64,000 bases of DNA from an uncultured Actinomycetes bacterium (GCA_963774825.1 CAVZGW010000006.1:66124-130123); one strand, 5' to 3'; positions 9,898 to 21,940 are shown, counted from the first letter of the stretch. Program-made: numbers and translations. Notes: generated by a model from the letters alone, not told the origin.

Positions 9898-11160
9898 ATG
9901 GACGCCACCGGCACTCTGGTGGAGGTGCTGAAGGGCGAAGGTCCCAGGGTGCTGGCGACGCTGGCCAGGACCATCGGCGACCTGGCCGTAGCCGAGGACG
10001 CGCTCTCCGAGGCCACGATCACCGCCCTGGATGCCTGGCCCAGAACGGGGATCCCCGACAACCCGCGGGCCTGGCTGGCGGTGGTCGCCCGCCGCAAGGC
10101 GCTTGACCTGCTGCGACGCGAGTCAGCCCGGGCGGCCAAGGAGGCCGCCGCGTTCCGGTGGGGAACCGGGGCCGCACCGGACCAGATCGAGGAGGCGATC
10201 GAGGCAATGGAGCCAGAAACGTCTCTGCGCGACGACATGCTGCGCCTGATCTTCACCTGCTGCCACCCGGCGCTTGGCCGTGAGGCCCAGGTGGCCCTCT
10301 CGCTGCGCACGCTGGCCCGCCTCGAGGTGCCGGCCATCGCCCGCGCCTTCCTGGTGCCTGAGGCCACCATGGCCAAGCGCCTGGTACGGGCCCGCTCCAA
10401 GATCGCCACGGCCCGCATCCCCTACGCGATCCCCGCCGACACCGAGCTTCCCGGCCGGCTGGCAGCAGTGCTGGCCGTGGTGTACCTGATCGCCACCGAG
10501 GCCCACGCCCCGACCGGCGGGCACGCGGTGGCCCGGGCCGATCTCGAGGCCGAGGCGATCCGGCTAGCTCGCTTGCTGGCCAGCCTGATGCCCGACGAGC
10601 CCGAGGCGCTCTCCCTGCTTGCCCTGTTGCTGCTGACCTCGGCCCGCACCGCCGCCCGCACCGATGCCGACGGTAACCCGGTGACCCTGGCCGACCAGGA
10701 CCGCACCCGCTGGAACCGAGCCGCGATCGACGAAGGTTCGGCGTGGCTGTCCGATGCGGTGACCCGGTCCGGCGGGGTCGCCGGGCCCTATCAGATCCAG
10801 GCTCACCTCGCCGCGGCCCACTCGACCGCTCTCAGCTGGCAGGAGACGGACTGGGACCGGATCGTCGGCCTCTACGACTTGTTCGGGTCGATCACGGCCA
10901 GCCCGGTGGTGGCGCTCAACCGGGCGGTCGCGGTTACCGAGCGCGACGGCCCCGAAGCGGGGCTGGCTGCCCTGAAGACCATCGCCGGCCTGGAGTACTC
11001 CCATCTGTGGCACGCTGCCCTGGCGGACAACCTGTGCCGGCTCGGCCGCACGAGCGACGCGGCCGGAGAACTTCACGCCGCGGTGACCCTGGCGCCCAGC
11101 GAGGTCGAACAGCGCCTCCTGCAGGGCCGTCTGCGCAAGGTGCGGTCCGAGCTCGGCTGA
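9898..11160 (+). CDS. ECF-type RNA polymerase sigma factor with long C-terminal helical-repeat extension
   Basis: Sigma region 2: AWLAVVARRKALDLLRRE. Region 4: LRTLARLEVPAIARAFLVPEATMAKRLVRARSKI. It also has a ~230-aa C-terminal domain. The YciI-sigma gene pair is well known. Confidence 0.85.
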   Translation: MDATGTLVEVLKGEGPRVLATLARTIGDLAVAEDALSEATITALDAWPRTGIPDNPRAWLAVVARRKALDLLRRESARAAKEAAAFRWGTGAAPDQIEEAIEAMEPETSLRDDMLRLIFTCCHPALGREAQVALSLRTLARLEVPAIARAFLVPEATMAKRLVRARSKIATARIPYAIPADTELPGRLAAVLAVVYLIATEAHAPTGGHAVARADLEAEAIRLARLLASLMPDEPEALSLLALLLLTSARTAARTDADGNPVTLADQDRTRWNRAAIDEGSAWLSDAVTRSGGVAGPYQIQAHLAAAHSTALSWQETDWDRIVGLYDLFGSITASPVVALNRAVAVTERDGPEAGLAALKTIAGLEYSHLWHAALADNLCRLGRTSDAAGELHAAVTLAPSEVEQRLLQGRLRKVRSELG

Positions 11161-11290
11161 CCGCGTTCTGGTTTTCTCGCTTTCCTTGCCTGGCTTCTCC
11201 CCGCATATGTCCTGCGCCCGCTTCACCGTTCGTCCTTTCCACGCAAGAGCGGTCCCCGATCTCGCGGATCGCCCAGGGAAGGAGAAGCAG

Positions 11291-12642
<1,352 letters not shown>

Positions 12643-12818
12643 TCATCATGCCTCGCGACCATGCCTCGCCGGTCACCAGATGTAGGCCGGCTTTGGGAAC
12701 CCGACAGGTGTCGCGGTAGGCGTAGTCGACACCGTTCGCCGCGCTGAGGAGTTCATTCGGAAGACTCGAATATGCGGTGGCCACAGCTGCTCGCCGGTCC
12801 CTTCGCTGGGTGACGTGC

Positions 12819-13235
12819 TCACCACTCCCGGCCGGGCAGCCGCGCGGTGATCTGCTGCAGCAGCCAGCCGTTGCCATCGGGATCGCTGAACGATGCATAG
12901 GTCTGGTAGGACCGGCCTTCCGGGTCGGGGCCAGGAACGCGGCCACCGTCCAGGTGAAAGACCTCGCTGACCTCAACGCTCCGGCTGGCAAGTTCCGCAC
13001 GCGCCGCATCGATGTCGGAGACGACCAGGATCAGGCGCTGGACCGAGCCGGGCTTGCCAGAGGTGACGCCCTTGCCGAACGCGATCGACCAGGACGAATG
13101 GGGCGGCGTCAGCTGAACCACGCGGAAGGCGTCGCCACGGACGATGTCGGCGTCAAGCCGTCATCCCAGGCTCTGGTAGAAGCTCTTGGCCCGGTCGACG
13201 TCGGAAACGGGCAGCGTCACGACCTCGAGATTCAT
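12819..13235 (-). pseudogene. VOC/glyoxalase-family protein with in-frame TGA
   Basis: MNLEVVTLPVSDVDRAKSFYQSLG-TGA-RLDADIV...ASFSDPDGNGWLLQQI. The stop sits where family members have Trp (LGW/LGF). Confidence 0.7.
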
Positions 13236-13405
13236 GTCTGTGGTCCCGGCTTCGGGAGACTCCGCCGGGCTGCTTACGCCGTTGCTGGCCATGGTGACCT
13301 CCCTGGTCGATCGGTGATGGCACCAGCGTGGCGCTCCGGCTCACTGGTCGCACCCGTGGGAGTCACTGGTCGTACCTGGGAAGCGCGGCGAGCACGGATG
13401 TTGCC

Positions 13406-13943
13406 CTAAATCTGCAGGGCGCGCCGCACAGCGACCGGCAGTGGCCCGCGAAGCTGCCTGCGCGAGCTGATGTCGAGCTTGGTGAATATCTTGCGCAGGT
13501 GCCATTCGACGGTTCGCGGGCTGATGAACCCACCAGCGGACGGTCCTCGGCTGCCTCGGACAACAGGCTCAGCACCGCCAGGCCAACGAGGAAAAGATCC
13601 GGCGCTGGCCCGGATTGCAGGCCCAGCGCGATCGCCAGCGCACCCCGTTGCGGCCGAGGCAAGAGCGGAAGGCTATCCAGGATCGGGGAGCAGAACTGGT
13701 GCAGAGCAGAGAAGGCCAGCTCCATCTCCGACTCCACGCCTGCGACCCTTACCAGCCGCAGGCCGGCCGCCGCCCGGGCCGTGTAGTCCAGCAGCGCGCT
13801 CTTGCCGATCCCGGGCTCGCCCCGGACCACCATGACGCCGCCGCGCCCATCACGGACCGCGTGCAGGAGCCCGTCGAGCAGCTCACATTCCCGCCGCCGG
13901 TCGAGAAACGTCAGGGACGCACCGGGAAACGGGTCGGGGCCAC
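13406..13943 (-). pseudogene. large ATP-binding LuxR-family regulator with most of the middle deleted
   Basis: N-terminus FLDRRRECELLDGLLHAVRDGRGGVMVVRGEPGIGKSALLDY is fused out of frame to the C-terminal HTH ISPRTVEWHLRKIFTKLDISSRRQL. Confidence 0.65.
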
Positions 13944-14075
13944 TAAAGGCCAGCCCAGCCGCTGCTCGTGATGCTCAACACGCCCCACGAATGGATCATG
14001 CCCAACACACCCCACGAATGGAAGTGTGTATTACTCGATACCGTGTGGCCAGCCTGGAGGTTGTCGATGCCGAGG

Positions 14076-15321
14076 CTAATTGCGCAGTGGCCCGAGGCCC
14101 GCGCGGACCTCTGCCGCGAAGACCTGCGGTTGTTCCCACGCCGCGAAGTGCCCGCCTTTGTCGGGCTTGTTGTAATAGATGAGGTTGTGGTCGGCCTGCT
14201 GCGTCCAGCTCTGCGGGGCCTGGTAGTTCTCGCCGGGGAAGGCGCTCACGGCCGCCGGGACGGAAACTTCGGCGGCGTTGTAGAGGCCGAGCTTGTTCTC
14301 CCAGTACAGGCGAGCCGAGGAGACCGCAGTGTTGGTCAGCCAGTAGAGCGTGATGTTGTCCAGGACGTCGTCTCGGGTGAGGTCGCCCGCGGGTGTCCGT
14401 GGCTGGTGTGGCCGAGCACGGCCGAGGTGACCGGCGCCGCTGGCTGGCCACAGCCGTCGCCGTGGTCAAGCAGCCAGGCGGCGAGGCCGACGGGCGAGTC
14501 CGCTAGTCCGTACAGCGTCTGCGGGCGCGTGCCCATCATGCTGGCGTAGGCGCGCTGCTTCGCATACAAGATGGTCAGCTGCTCGTAGGCGTGCCTCTCG
14601 TCCTCTGACAGACCGGATGGCGGCGGGTCGCCGGACTGCAGTGCCTTGGTCACGTCGGGCGGAACCGTGCCGGGGAAGTTGACATGTATGCCGAGCAACT
14701 CCGGAGGCGCCTGGCGTCCCATGACGTTCGCGACGGCCCCGCCCCAATCGCCGCCTTGCGCCGCGAATCGCCGGTAGCCGAGGCGCTTCATCAGCACGAC
14801 CCAGCCCCCGGGCGATGCGTTCGGGATCCCATCCGGTGTCTTTCGGCTTGGCTGAATACCCGTAGCCCGGCAGCGACGGGATCAGCAGTGGAACGCGTCC
14901 GATGCGCTCGCGCCGTGGGTGGTGGGGTTGGTGAGTGGGCCGATGATCTTGAGCTGCTCGATGATCGAGCCGGGCCACCCGTGCGTGACGACGTGACGAT
15001 GAGTGGCAGCGCCACCCGCGTGCTGCGAGCGAACGTGGATGAAGTGGATGTCGAGCCCGTCAATCTCGGTCACGAACTGCGGCAGGGCGCTCAGCTTCGC
15101 CTCGCATGCGCGCCAGTCGTGATCCCTGGCCCAGTGGGCCGCGAGATCCTGGAGCATCGCCAGGGGGACGCCTTGCGAATCATCGGCGACAGTTCCCTCT
15201 CCGGCCAGCATGTGGCGGCGATACGCGCACGCAGCTCGTCGAGTTCCGCGTCGGCCACCGTGGGGATCGTAAACGGGCGGATCGCTGTCCCGCCCGCCGG
15301 GTCTTCGGCCGTGCCAGACAT
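14076..15321 (-). pseudogene. microsomal-type epoxide hydrolase, at least 3 frameshifts
   Basis: Pieces lie in three frames: IRPFTIPTVADAELDELRARIAATCWPEREL / LPQFVTEIDGLDIHFIHVRSQH..THGWPGS / [16 protein letters not shown]...[21 protein letters not shown] / GGHFAAWEQPQVFAAEVRAGLGPLRN-stop. Confidence 0.8.
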
Positions 15322-15393
15322 GAGTCTCCTTGTTCGGCGGTGAGCGTGGCCTGGCTGGTGCCGCCCCAGGGGACGGCGCCAGCACTGGCTCGA

Positions 15394-16073
15394 TCAGGAA
15401 ACGGGCCCGAAGTGGTCGCCCCACAGCTGGTTCGCGGGCTCGCTGCCGGGCTGCCGGTCAGGTGCTGCAGGATGATCGGCGTGAACAGCTGGTGCGCCGG
15501 GTTGCCCAGGATGGACATCGCGAACGGCTGGACGAAGTCGGTGTCCGATCCGTTGATGATCGGGAAGGCGCTGGCCGAGGACGAATCGACGGTGTCGATG
15601 ATCCATACCGTGGTGCCCGGGGCGCTGCACGGCCGCAGGCTCAGGCCCTCGTCCTGGTAGGCGGTGACGGCCACCGCCGTGCACAGCCCGGTGGCGTGGC
15701 CGTACGGCGCGTACTCGATCTGCACCGCGGGCTCCTTACCGTAGTGCTCGTTGACAGCGGCTGAGACCATGCCGTCCGCGTAGTACTGAGAGACCGGCAC
15801 CGTGGCGCCGAGGGGAACGATCAGGTCCTCGGCCGGATTCGAGCTGCTGGCCGGGCGCACTTCGGTCGGCACGCCGCGCACCGGGATCCCCAGCAGCACG
15901 GTCTCCACGAACCCGAGGCTCGTTGGAGTGGCGTACTTGGCGCTGTAGACCTCAATGCAGTTCGCGCCGCACTGCGGAGTGGCCGCGCTCGCCGGCGCTG
16001 CTGCCAGCGTGCTCAGCCCGCCAGCCAGGGTTAGCACCGCCGCGGCGGCGACCAACTTGGGCTTGATTAACAT
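15394..16073 (-). CDS. secreted hypothetical protein (possible 1-nt frameshift near 3' end)
   Basis: Signal peptide: MLIKPKLVAAAAVLTLAGGLSTLAAAPASAATP. The ATG overlaps the stop of the upstream hydrolase. Around 15440 (ggcagcccggcagc) the frame giving ...GSEPANQLWGDHFGPVS-stop at 15394 looks more plausible than the long frame running to 15180. Confidence 0.5.
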
Positions 16074-17029
16074 GACGTGGCTCCTTTCGTGAACCATTCG
16101 CGGTACGGGGCCAGGAACGCGGTCAGCGCCGCCAGGGTCTCCTCGGGAGCCTCCTCGGGGGGATGGTGCCCACAGCCCGGGACGACCAGGGTTTGCACTT
16201 CGTCGGCGGCGAGCTTCATCGTGTCCGCGACCTGGCCGCCCAGGCTCTTCTCGCCGCCAATCCCCAGCACCGGCAGGGTCAGCCGCCGGGTCTTGCGCTG
16301 CTGGTTCTGCGCGATCGTGGCATCGAGCGCGCGGTAGATCGCGAAGCTGGCGTGCAGCGCAAGGGGGTCGGCGGCCAGCATGCCGATGTAAAGCTGGACC
16401 GCGTAGTCCGGCAGTGGCCGAGCGGCCTTGGTGGCGAACTGCCAGCCGAAATAGACCTCTTCCCGGCCGGTGACGAGCTGGTCGTTGACCGCGGCGAGCC
16501 GGTTGAACGCGAAGTGCCACAGCGCGTTGTTCAGGTGCGCGTTGGCGAACAGGGGCGGGGACGGGGACACGCCGGGCAGTGGGGTCTCGGCGACCGCCAG
16601 CCGGTCGACCCGGCCGGGGTGATCGGCGGCCAGCGCGTAGCCGATCCGCATGCCGGTGTCATGGCCGGCCACGGCGAACCGGTCGTGGCTCAGCGCGTCC
16701 ATCAGCGCGACCACGTCGCCGGCCAGCGTGCCGGTGTCATAACCGTCCTCGGGCTTGCCGGACAGCCCGGTGCCGCGCTGGTCGGGCACGATGACCTGGA
16801 AGTTACGCGCCAGCGCCGGCATCACCAGCCGCCAGGCGTACCAGGCCTGGGGCCAGCCGTGCACCAGCAGCGGCGGGCCGTCGCCGCCGGTGACCACGTG
16901 CTGGCGCAGGTCCCCGGTGTCGACGTAGCGGCTGGTGAACGTACTGGCAAACCCGTCCGGCAGGTTTGGTGCCCCCGCAACCGAGCCAGGACCCTCTGGG
17001 ATGTCAGATGAGGTCATGAGGCCCCCCAC
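16067..17029 (-). CDS. alpha/beta hydrolase (haloalkane dehalogenase / epoxide hydrolase-like)
   Basis: PPLLVHGWPQAWYAWRLVMPALARNFQVIVPDQRGTGLSGKP...FAVAGHDTGMRIGYALAADHP...VPGCGHHPPEE. The nucleophile Asp context and the catalytic His are present. Confidence 0.85.
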   Translation of the reverse strand: MGGLMTSSDIPEGPGSVAGAPNLPDGFASTFTSRYVDTGDLRQHVVTGGDGPPLLVHGWPQAWYAWRLVMPALARNFQVIVPDQRGTGLSGKPEDGYDTGTLAGDVVALMDALSHDRFAVAGHDTGMRIGYALAADHPGRVDRLAVAETPLPGVSPSPPLFANAHLNNALWHFAFNRLAAVNDQLVTGREEVYFGWQFATKAARPLPDYAVQLYIGMLAADPLALHASFAIYRALDATIAQNQQRKTRRLTLPVLGIGGEKSLGGQVADTMKLAADEVQTLVVPGCGHHPPEEAPEETLAALTAFLAPYREWFTKGATSC

Positions 17030-17031
17030 CT

Positions 17032-17433
17032 TCAGGACTCGCCCGCGACGAAGTGCCCGGCTATCGGGGTGCCGGCGAACTTCTCGCCCAGCAGCCGGGA
17101 CAAGACCAGCAGAGTGCTCCGGGGGCGGTAGTTGCCCACGATGCGCTGCGCGTGCCCGGCCGTGTTGCTCGTGACCAGGGTGATGTTGCGGATCGGCTCG
17201 CCACGGACCCCTGCGGTGTAGTCCTCGATCCAGCCGTTCTCGCCGTACGGGCCGACGGAGTTGAACTCTTGGTAGTCATACAGCTCGCGGATCGCCACCA
17301 CCACGGTCCGCACCGTGTCCGAGCCCTGCACGAAGCCGTCCATCATTGAGCCCTCCAGCCTCACGTCGTCGGCCAGGTTGCTCAGCCACGCTGGAAAGTA
17401 ATGGGCAAGGTCAACCGCCCCTGAGTTCGTCAT
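17032..17433 (-). CDS. NTF2-like (SnoaL-type) small protein
   Basis: 133 aa with a GGGAGG RBS 7 nt upstream of the ATG. The stop lies 2 nt from the start of the next gene. The fold assignment is from general resemblance only. Confidence 0.55.
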   Translation of the reverse strand: MTNSGAVDLAHYFPAWLSNLADDVRLEGSMMDGFVQGSDTVRTVVVAIRELYDYQEFNSVGPYGENGWIEDYTAGVRGEPIRNITLVTSNTAGHAQRIVGNYRPRSTLLVLSRLLGEKFAGTPIAGHFVAGES

Positions 17434-17904
17434 GCCGTGCCTCCCTCGGAATCCGGCAGCGGGCCGGATGCCATGTGCGGACCCGCCCACAGTCGCCGAC
17501 GCGGCGAGCCCGCCGAACCGGTCATACTCACTGGTCGTTTCTGGGCCGTGCGCTGGGCCGCGAAAAGGATCTTGAACTGTTTGGCTGCCACGCCCCATAC
17601 GGGAGGGGCGGCAGAAAAACTACGAGCCGTCCCGCACAAAGGGGAGCGAGACATACGGCAGGCTCAGAAGCGGCGCAGGCGAAGATCAGGTGAGACAGAT
17701 CTTCCAGACGGAAGGTTGGGACTCATCAACTGCCGACTCGGCTGCGCTCCTTAACCACGGCGCTGACTGCTCCGCCGTCCTGGCCGATCCTGAGTCGGCG
17801 ACCTACCACCGTGTCAGATGGAGTGACTGTTAACGGTCCGTGACTGGCCGCGGGGTGACAGGCGGACCGCCCACGGCGGCCGCGCTGAGGACGCGTTCCA
17901 CCTC

Positions 17905-18165
17905 GTGCTGCCGTCGATCCCCGGCTACGGGTTCTCCGACGAGCCGACCGAACTCGGCTGGGGCCCCATCCGTATCGGACAGGCGTGGGCGGAGCTAATG
18001 CGGCGCCTGGGTTATACCCGGTACGTCGCGCAGGGGGGCGACGTGGGCTCCCAGGTCACCGACGCGATGGGCCGCCTGGCACTCGACAGGCTGATCGGCA
18101 TTCACACCAACCTTCTCACGCCGGCGCTGGGCGATGCCGGGGCCCTGAGCCAGGGTCCGGGGTGA
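17905..18165 (+). pseudogene. epoxide hydrolase internal fragment (third paralog)
   Basis: LPSIPGYGFSDEPTELGWGPIRIGQAWAELMRRLGYTRYVAQGGDVGSQVTDAM...IGIHTNL aligns with the middle of the 57321-58548 copy. Confidence 0.7.
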
Positions 18166-18169
18166 CGCC

Positions 18170-18425
18170 GATCTGGGCCGGAAGCCGTTGTTCGGGTTCA
18201 ACATGGCCATCATCGGAATGGCTGGTGGCGCAGGATCAAGATTTCGGCGGTTTTCCACGTCTCCTCGCGTCGGGACAGCGGCAGCCACGCGGCTAGCCGC
18301 GTGATCAGGAGGAACACGAACCGCATGCACATGACCGGTGATCATCACGGGTCGGGCGCCGGGCGAGCAAACGTGCTGGTCAGAGCCGTGGACGGGATTC
18401 TCGGCACGCACAGGTGGCGACGCAG
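18170..18425 (-). mobile_element. left-end fragment (terminal repeat plus first ~60 codons) of the rve-type IS
   Basis: Reverse complement of 32862-33060: ...gtgcgtgccgagaatcccgtccacggctctgacc... followed by VFLLITR..WL.LSRREETWKTAEILILRHQ. Confidence 0.55.
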
Positions 18426-18432
18426 GCAGCGT

Positions 18433-19110
18433 TCACCAATGATCAAATCCGCCGTCGCCGTGGTGGTGATAGCTGTCGGAGCCACCGTGGTCGACGCCGC
18501 CGTCGGAGGCGTCCGGGTTGCTGAGGGCGTTGATCTGCTCCTCCGCCAAGTGGCCGATCCAAGACAAGGCGTCCCTCTGATCGACGCCGTAACTGACGCT
18601 GTCGGCCAGTTCCACCAAGGGGTTCCAGAACTCGGACTCGGTACCGCCGCGGTCAAGCGCTTTGAACGCGGCGCCGAGGACACTCGGGGGCAGCCAGAAC
18701 ACTATCGCCCCGGCCCTTGCGATGATCTGCTCAGAGCCCGGGCGAAACTGGTTTCCTTGAATCGCAGCATTGAGCTCGCGGTAACGCCTTATCGCCTCGG
18801 CACCCCACAGCTTGCCTTTCGGCGATACCACCAGACGAGTGTCGGCCGACCAGCGCCGCTTCCTAGGCTCAAGGAGGTTCAGGCGGCATAGTTCCTCCTG
18901 CACCGCTGCCTGTACTTCATTCCGAACAGGGTTCTTGCGAGCAGGGTCATCATTGAGGGAATAGATGTTGAACGAGACGATATCCGTCAGCTTCACGCCG
19001 TCGGGGAAGCGCTCCCGCAGGTTCGCATCGACAGTCGGTAGCGGCGGCTGAAGAGGCCGTGATGGTTCCTGGCCTGGCCAGAGGTGAGCGCTGCCCCGGG
19101 TGCCGGACAC
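18433..19110 (-). CDS. hypothetical protein, no recognisable family
   Basis: 225-aa ORF with a His/Asp/Gly-rich tail (GGVDHGGSDSYHHHGDGGFDHW). It ends directly against the IS fragment, so the C-terminus may not be native. Confidence 0.4.
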   Translation of the reverse strand: MSGTRGSAHLWPGQEPSRPLQPPLPTVDANLRERFPDGVKLTDIVSFNIYSLNDDPARKNPVRNEVQAAVQEELCRLNLLEPRKRRWSADTRLVVSPKGKLWGAEAIRRYRELNAAIQGNQFRPGSEQIIARAGAIVFWLPPSVLGAAFKALDRGGTESEFWNPLVELADSVSYGVDQRDALSWIGHLAEEQINALSNPDASDGGVDHGGSDSYHHHGDGGFDHW

Positions 19111-19501
19111 CCGCTAGCAGCCGATCGCGACAAGCTCCTTGATGCACAGGTCTATCGAATCTCTGCCCCCGGAGGTGCGCGGGCGGCACGCCTTGTGAAG
19201 GGCAAACGTCAACCATGCCGAGAGTGGCCAAACGCCCGGCGGCTGCTCTAGTGACGCGGGGAGTTCCACAGCAGTGGCGCCTACACGGCTACGTAGCAAT
19301 ATTCCGGTTAAGGTACCAGCTGTCGCCTGGCCCAGCCAGGCTGTGTGTCAGAGTCCTGCCGATGTCATGTTTCGTCTTCAGGCGGCGTCGGTGTCCCTGA
19401 TTCGACTCCCCGCCTCAGAGGTGAAAGGTAGGTCGTGCAATCCGTTCTGGCCAACGGCAGTCTCAGGCCGAGCGCCTTATGTGCCGCTTACGGCGCGGGC
19501 G

Positions 19502-19885
19502 TCAGCAGGGGATAATGGCGGGCCGGTTGGCAGCGGCCGCAGCCAGGCGCGTCAGGTCATCAGGATCACTGGTCACGATCCGGTCGCCGGGTGCTGCCAA
19601 GAGCACCACGGTGGCATCGATGGCGTCAGCGGTACCTGCTGCGGCCAGCAGGACGCCCGCGGCCCGGCCATCCTCGTGCCGTACCGCACGGACATCAACC
19701 GCGTGGAGCAGCCGCGCCAGATTGACCTGCCGGCCGAGCCGGTCGCGCCAGACCTGGGCGAGCACCATGGCATTGCTGCGCAGTTCCAGCCCGGCTTTCT
19801 CGGCCACCCGCAGCCGGGCGATCATCGCCCGGTCGTCGCGGTCGACTGCTACCAGGGCCCCCGCATCCAGAACCAGCGCGCTCAC
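19502..19885 (-). CDS. vapC: PIN-domain toxin (VapC-like)
   Basis: LVLDAGALVAVDRDD...NAMVLAQVWRD...DAIDATVVLLAAPGDRIVTSDPDDL. It overlaps the antitoxin by 4 nt. Confidence 0.8.
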   Translation of the reverse strand: MSALVLDAGALVAVDRDDRAMIARLRVAEKAGLELRSNAMVLAQVWRDRLGRQVNLARLLHAVDVRAVRHEDGRAAGVLLAAAGTADAIDATVVLLAAPGDRIVTSDPDDLTRLAAAAANRPAIIPC

Positions 19886-20127
19886 GCGGCTGCATCGCTG
19901 GCAGGAAGCCCAAGCGCCCGTTCAGCGCGGGCAATCTCCTCAGGGGTGAACACGCCGTGCTCCGCCTCCCAGCCGGCTAGGAACTCAGCCAGGGCCTCGG
20001 CCCGTAGCTTGCTCGCAGCCGCCTCGGCCAGCCACGATGACAGGGGCTTGCCCGCCTGGGCAGCGGCAGACCTGACAGCGTCACCGAGTTCCGGATCGAA
20101 AGAGACGCTCAGCTTGTCGACTTTCAC
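19882..20127 (-). CDS. type II antitoxin (RHH-like) of the VapC pair
   Basis: MKVDKLSVSFDPELGDAVRSAAAQAGKPLSSWLAEAAASKLR. ATGA overlap with the toxin. Confidence 0.7.
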   Translation of the reverse strand: MKVDKLSVSFDPELGDAVRSAAAQAGKPLSSWLAEAAASKLRAEALAEFLAGWEAEHGVFTPEEIARAERALGLPASDAAA

Positions 20128-20274
20128 GCGATCATCCTACCCTAGTAGTTCATACCATGGTCGCAACGTAGCAAGTAGCCGCGGTCAGGTACGTCCGGGC
20201 CGGCGTGGCGGCCGTATATCGCATGGGTGCCGGATCGAGCCTGGGTGCAGCACCAGAGTGCAGCAGCCGGGTTC

Positions 20275-20400
20275 GCTAACGCGTTCGAGGATTCGAACAA
20301 ACAAAGATCTCGTGGTTCCGTGGGAGGCAAAATGGGAGCCATGAACCACACCACTGGGGACAATTCCAGACCACTCAGGACCACGTGTCCGCAGGTCAGC
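20275..20400 (+). repeat. Phe-module leader copy (hairpin plus ~100 nt ending in the tRNA 5' acceptor strand GGTCAGC), truncated by IS701 remnant
   Basis: Aligns with 47751-47875 (gcgttcgaggat[tc]cgaa...atgggagccat.gaccacacc.ctgggga...ttccagaccactcaggacc...gcaggtcagc). Homology ends at 20400. Confidence 0.6.
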
Positions 20401-20459
20401 GAGATACCACCGGCGCTGGACACCCGGGCCGGTCCCGCTGTCCCGGCTGATCGCCATCG

Positions 20460-20822
20460 CGGTCGCCCGCTGGCGCATTGAAGAAGATCACCAGCTCACC
20501 AAGCAGAGACCGGCCTGGACGCAGGGCAGGTATCCGCTGGAAGTCCTGGCACCGCTGGACCGTGATCTGCCTGCTGGCCTATATCTACCTCGCCATTGCC
20601 GTGGCAGTGCAACGCCAGCAAGAGGCCGGCTCCGACCTGGACGCCGGGCTGATCCCGATCACCGTGCCGGAGCTGCTGCGGCTTCTGCGTGACACCGTCA
20701 TCCCGCCGCCCCGGCGAGACCGGCCCCACCGGCTGCACTGGTCCGCCTGGCGACGCCGCCACCAGCACCGCGCCCGCCAAGCCCACCAGCGCTGGAATGC
20801 CTACGCCGGGACAACACCATGA
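20460..20822 (+). pseudogene. IS701-family (IS4-like DDE) transposase C-terminal remnant
   Basis: IAVARWRIEEDHQLTKQ...WKSWHRWTVICLLAYIYLAIAV...IPITVPELLRLLRD...HRLHWSAWRRRHQHRARQAHQRWN. The frame is broken near 20505. Confidence 0.6.
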
Positions 20823-20939
20823 TCACAACGAACTGCAGCTGCCTACCAGGCAGGACATCGAGAGGCGCCGGCTCGCGGTTTGACCAGCTGTGTGCCCGGG
20901 GCACGTCAGAACCTGAACCGGTCGCAGAAGGGAATCGTT

Positions 20940-21866
20940 GTGCAAGCTATAACCGTGCGAGACCGAGCCGCTGGCGCCGCCGGGCTCACGCTATCCGACA
21001 TCCCGCACCCCCACGCGGCCGAAAACGACGTGATCGTGCGCGTCTACGCGGCCGGGTTCACCCCGGGAGAGCTGGACTGGCCGGGCACGTGGACCGATCG
21101 CGCCGGCCGCGACCGAACCCCGAGCGTGCCCGGACACGAGCTGTCGGGTGTTGTCAGCGAGCTGGGCTACGGCACCACCGGCTTGACCGTGGGCCAGCGG
21201 GTGTTCGGGCTGGCCGACTGGACCCGCGACGGGGCGCTGGCTGAGTACACGGCGGTGGAGGCCCGCAACCTCGCCCCGCTCCCGGCGGACATCGACTACG
21301 CCGTGGCCGCCGCCGTGCCCATCTCCGGGCTGACCGCCTGGCAGGGCCTCTTCGACCACGCAGGGCTAAAGACCGGCCAGACCGTCCTGATCCACGGCGC
21401 CGCGGGCGGCGTCGGGTCCATGGCGGTGCAACTCGCGCACGAGCTGGGGTCCCGCGTAATCGGCACCGGTCGCGCCGCGGACCGGGAGGCTGCACTCGGG
21501 CTGGGCGCGGACGTATTCGTAGACCTGCAGGCCGACCGGCTGGAGGAGGCCGGCGAGGTCGACGTGGTGTTCGATGTCATCGGGGGCGAGGTCCTCGAAC
21601 GCTCGGCCCCGCTGGTGCGCGCCGGCGGAACGCTGGTCACGATCATCGGCCTGCCGCAGGTGCGGCCCGCCGACGGCCGGGCGATCTTCTTTGTCGTCGA
21701 GCCGGACCGGCTCCGGCTGGCGAGACCTCGCCGAGCGGGTGCGGTCCGGGCGGCTGCAGCCGATCATCGGGGCCGTACGGCCGCTGGCCGAGGCACCGAT
21801 CCGCGTTCACGCCCGACCGCCGGATGCCCGGCAAGACGATCATCCGCGTCACGGAAGGCGAATAAC
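20940..21866 (+). pseudogene. zinc-type alcohol dehydrogenase / quinone oxidoreductase (MDR family), two frameshifts near 3' end
   Basis: VIVRVYAAGFTPGELDW...PGHELSGVV...VLIHGAAGGVGSMAVQLA, then LAERVRSGRLQPIIGAVRPLAEAP and AFTPDRRMPGKTIIRVTEGE-stop in two other frames. Confidence 0.75.
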
Positions 21867-21940
21867 GGAAGGCGGGTATCTGATCGGCGGGCGGACCGGT
21901 CCCTGGCGACATGCTCTGACAGGTAAAGCCCGAGGAGGCC

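Noticed and set aside
8832-10418. 528-aa minus-strand ORF, and similar long ORFs at 10564-11475, 19274-20344, 26491-27465, 27299-28021, 28301-29104, 28935-29657, 33828-34694, 42061-42948, 43258-44448, 43946-45067, 57592-58527 and 60922-61842
   Set aside because: All lie antisense to, or out of frame with, genes that have clear family motifs. Their products are Arg/Pro/Gly/Ala-rich low-complexity strings typical of shadow ORFs in high-GC DNA.
13153-13155. In-frame TGA of the VOC gene as selenocysteine or readthrough recoding
   Set aside because: The position aligns with Trp/Phe in the family motif, not Cys. I see no SECIS-like hairpin immediately downstream. The region is full of other inactivated genes.
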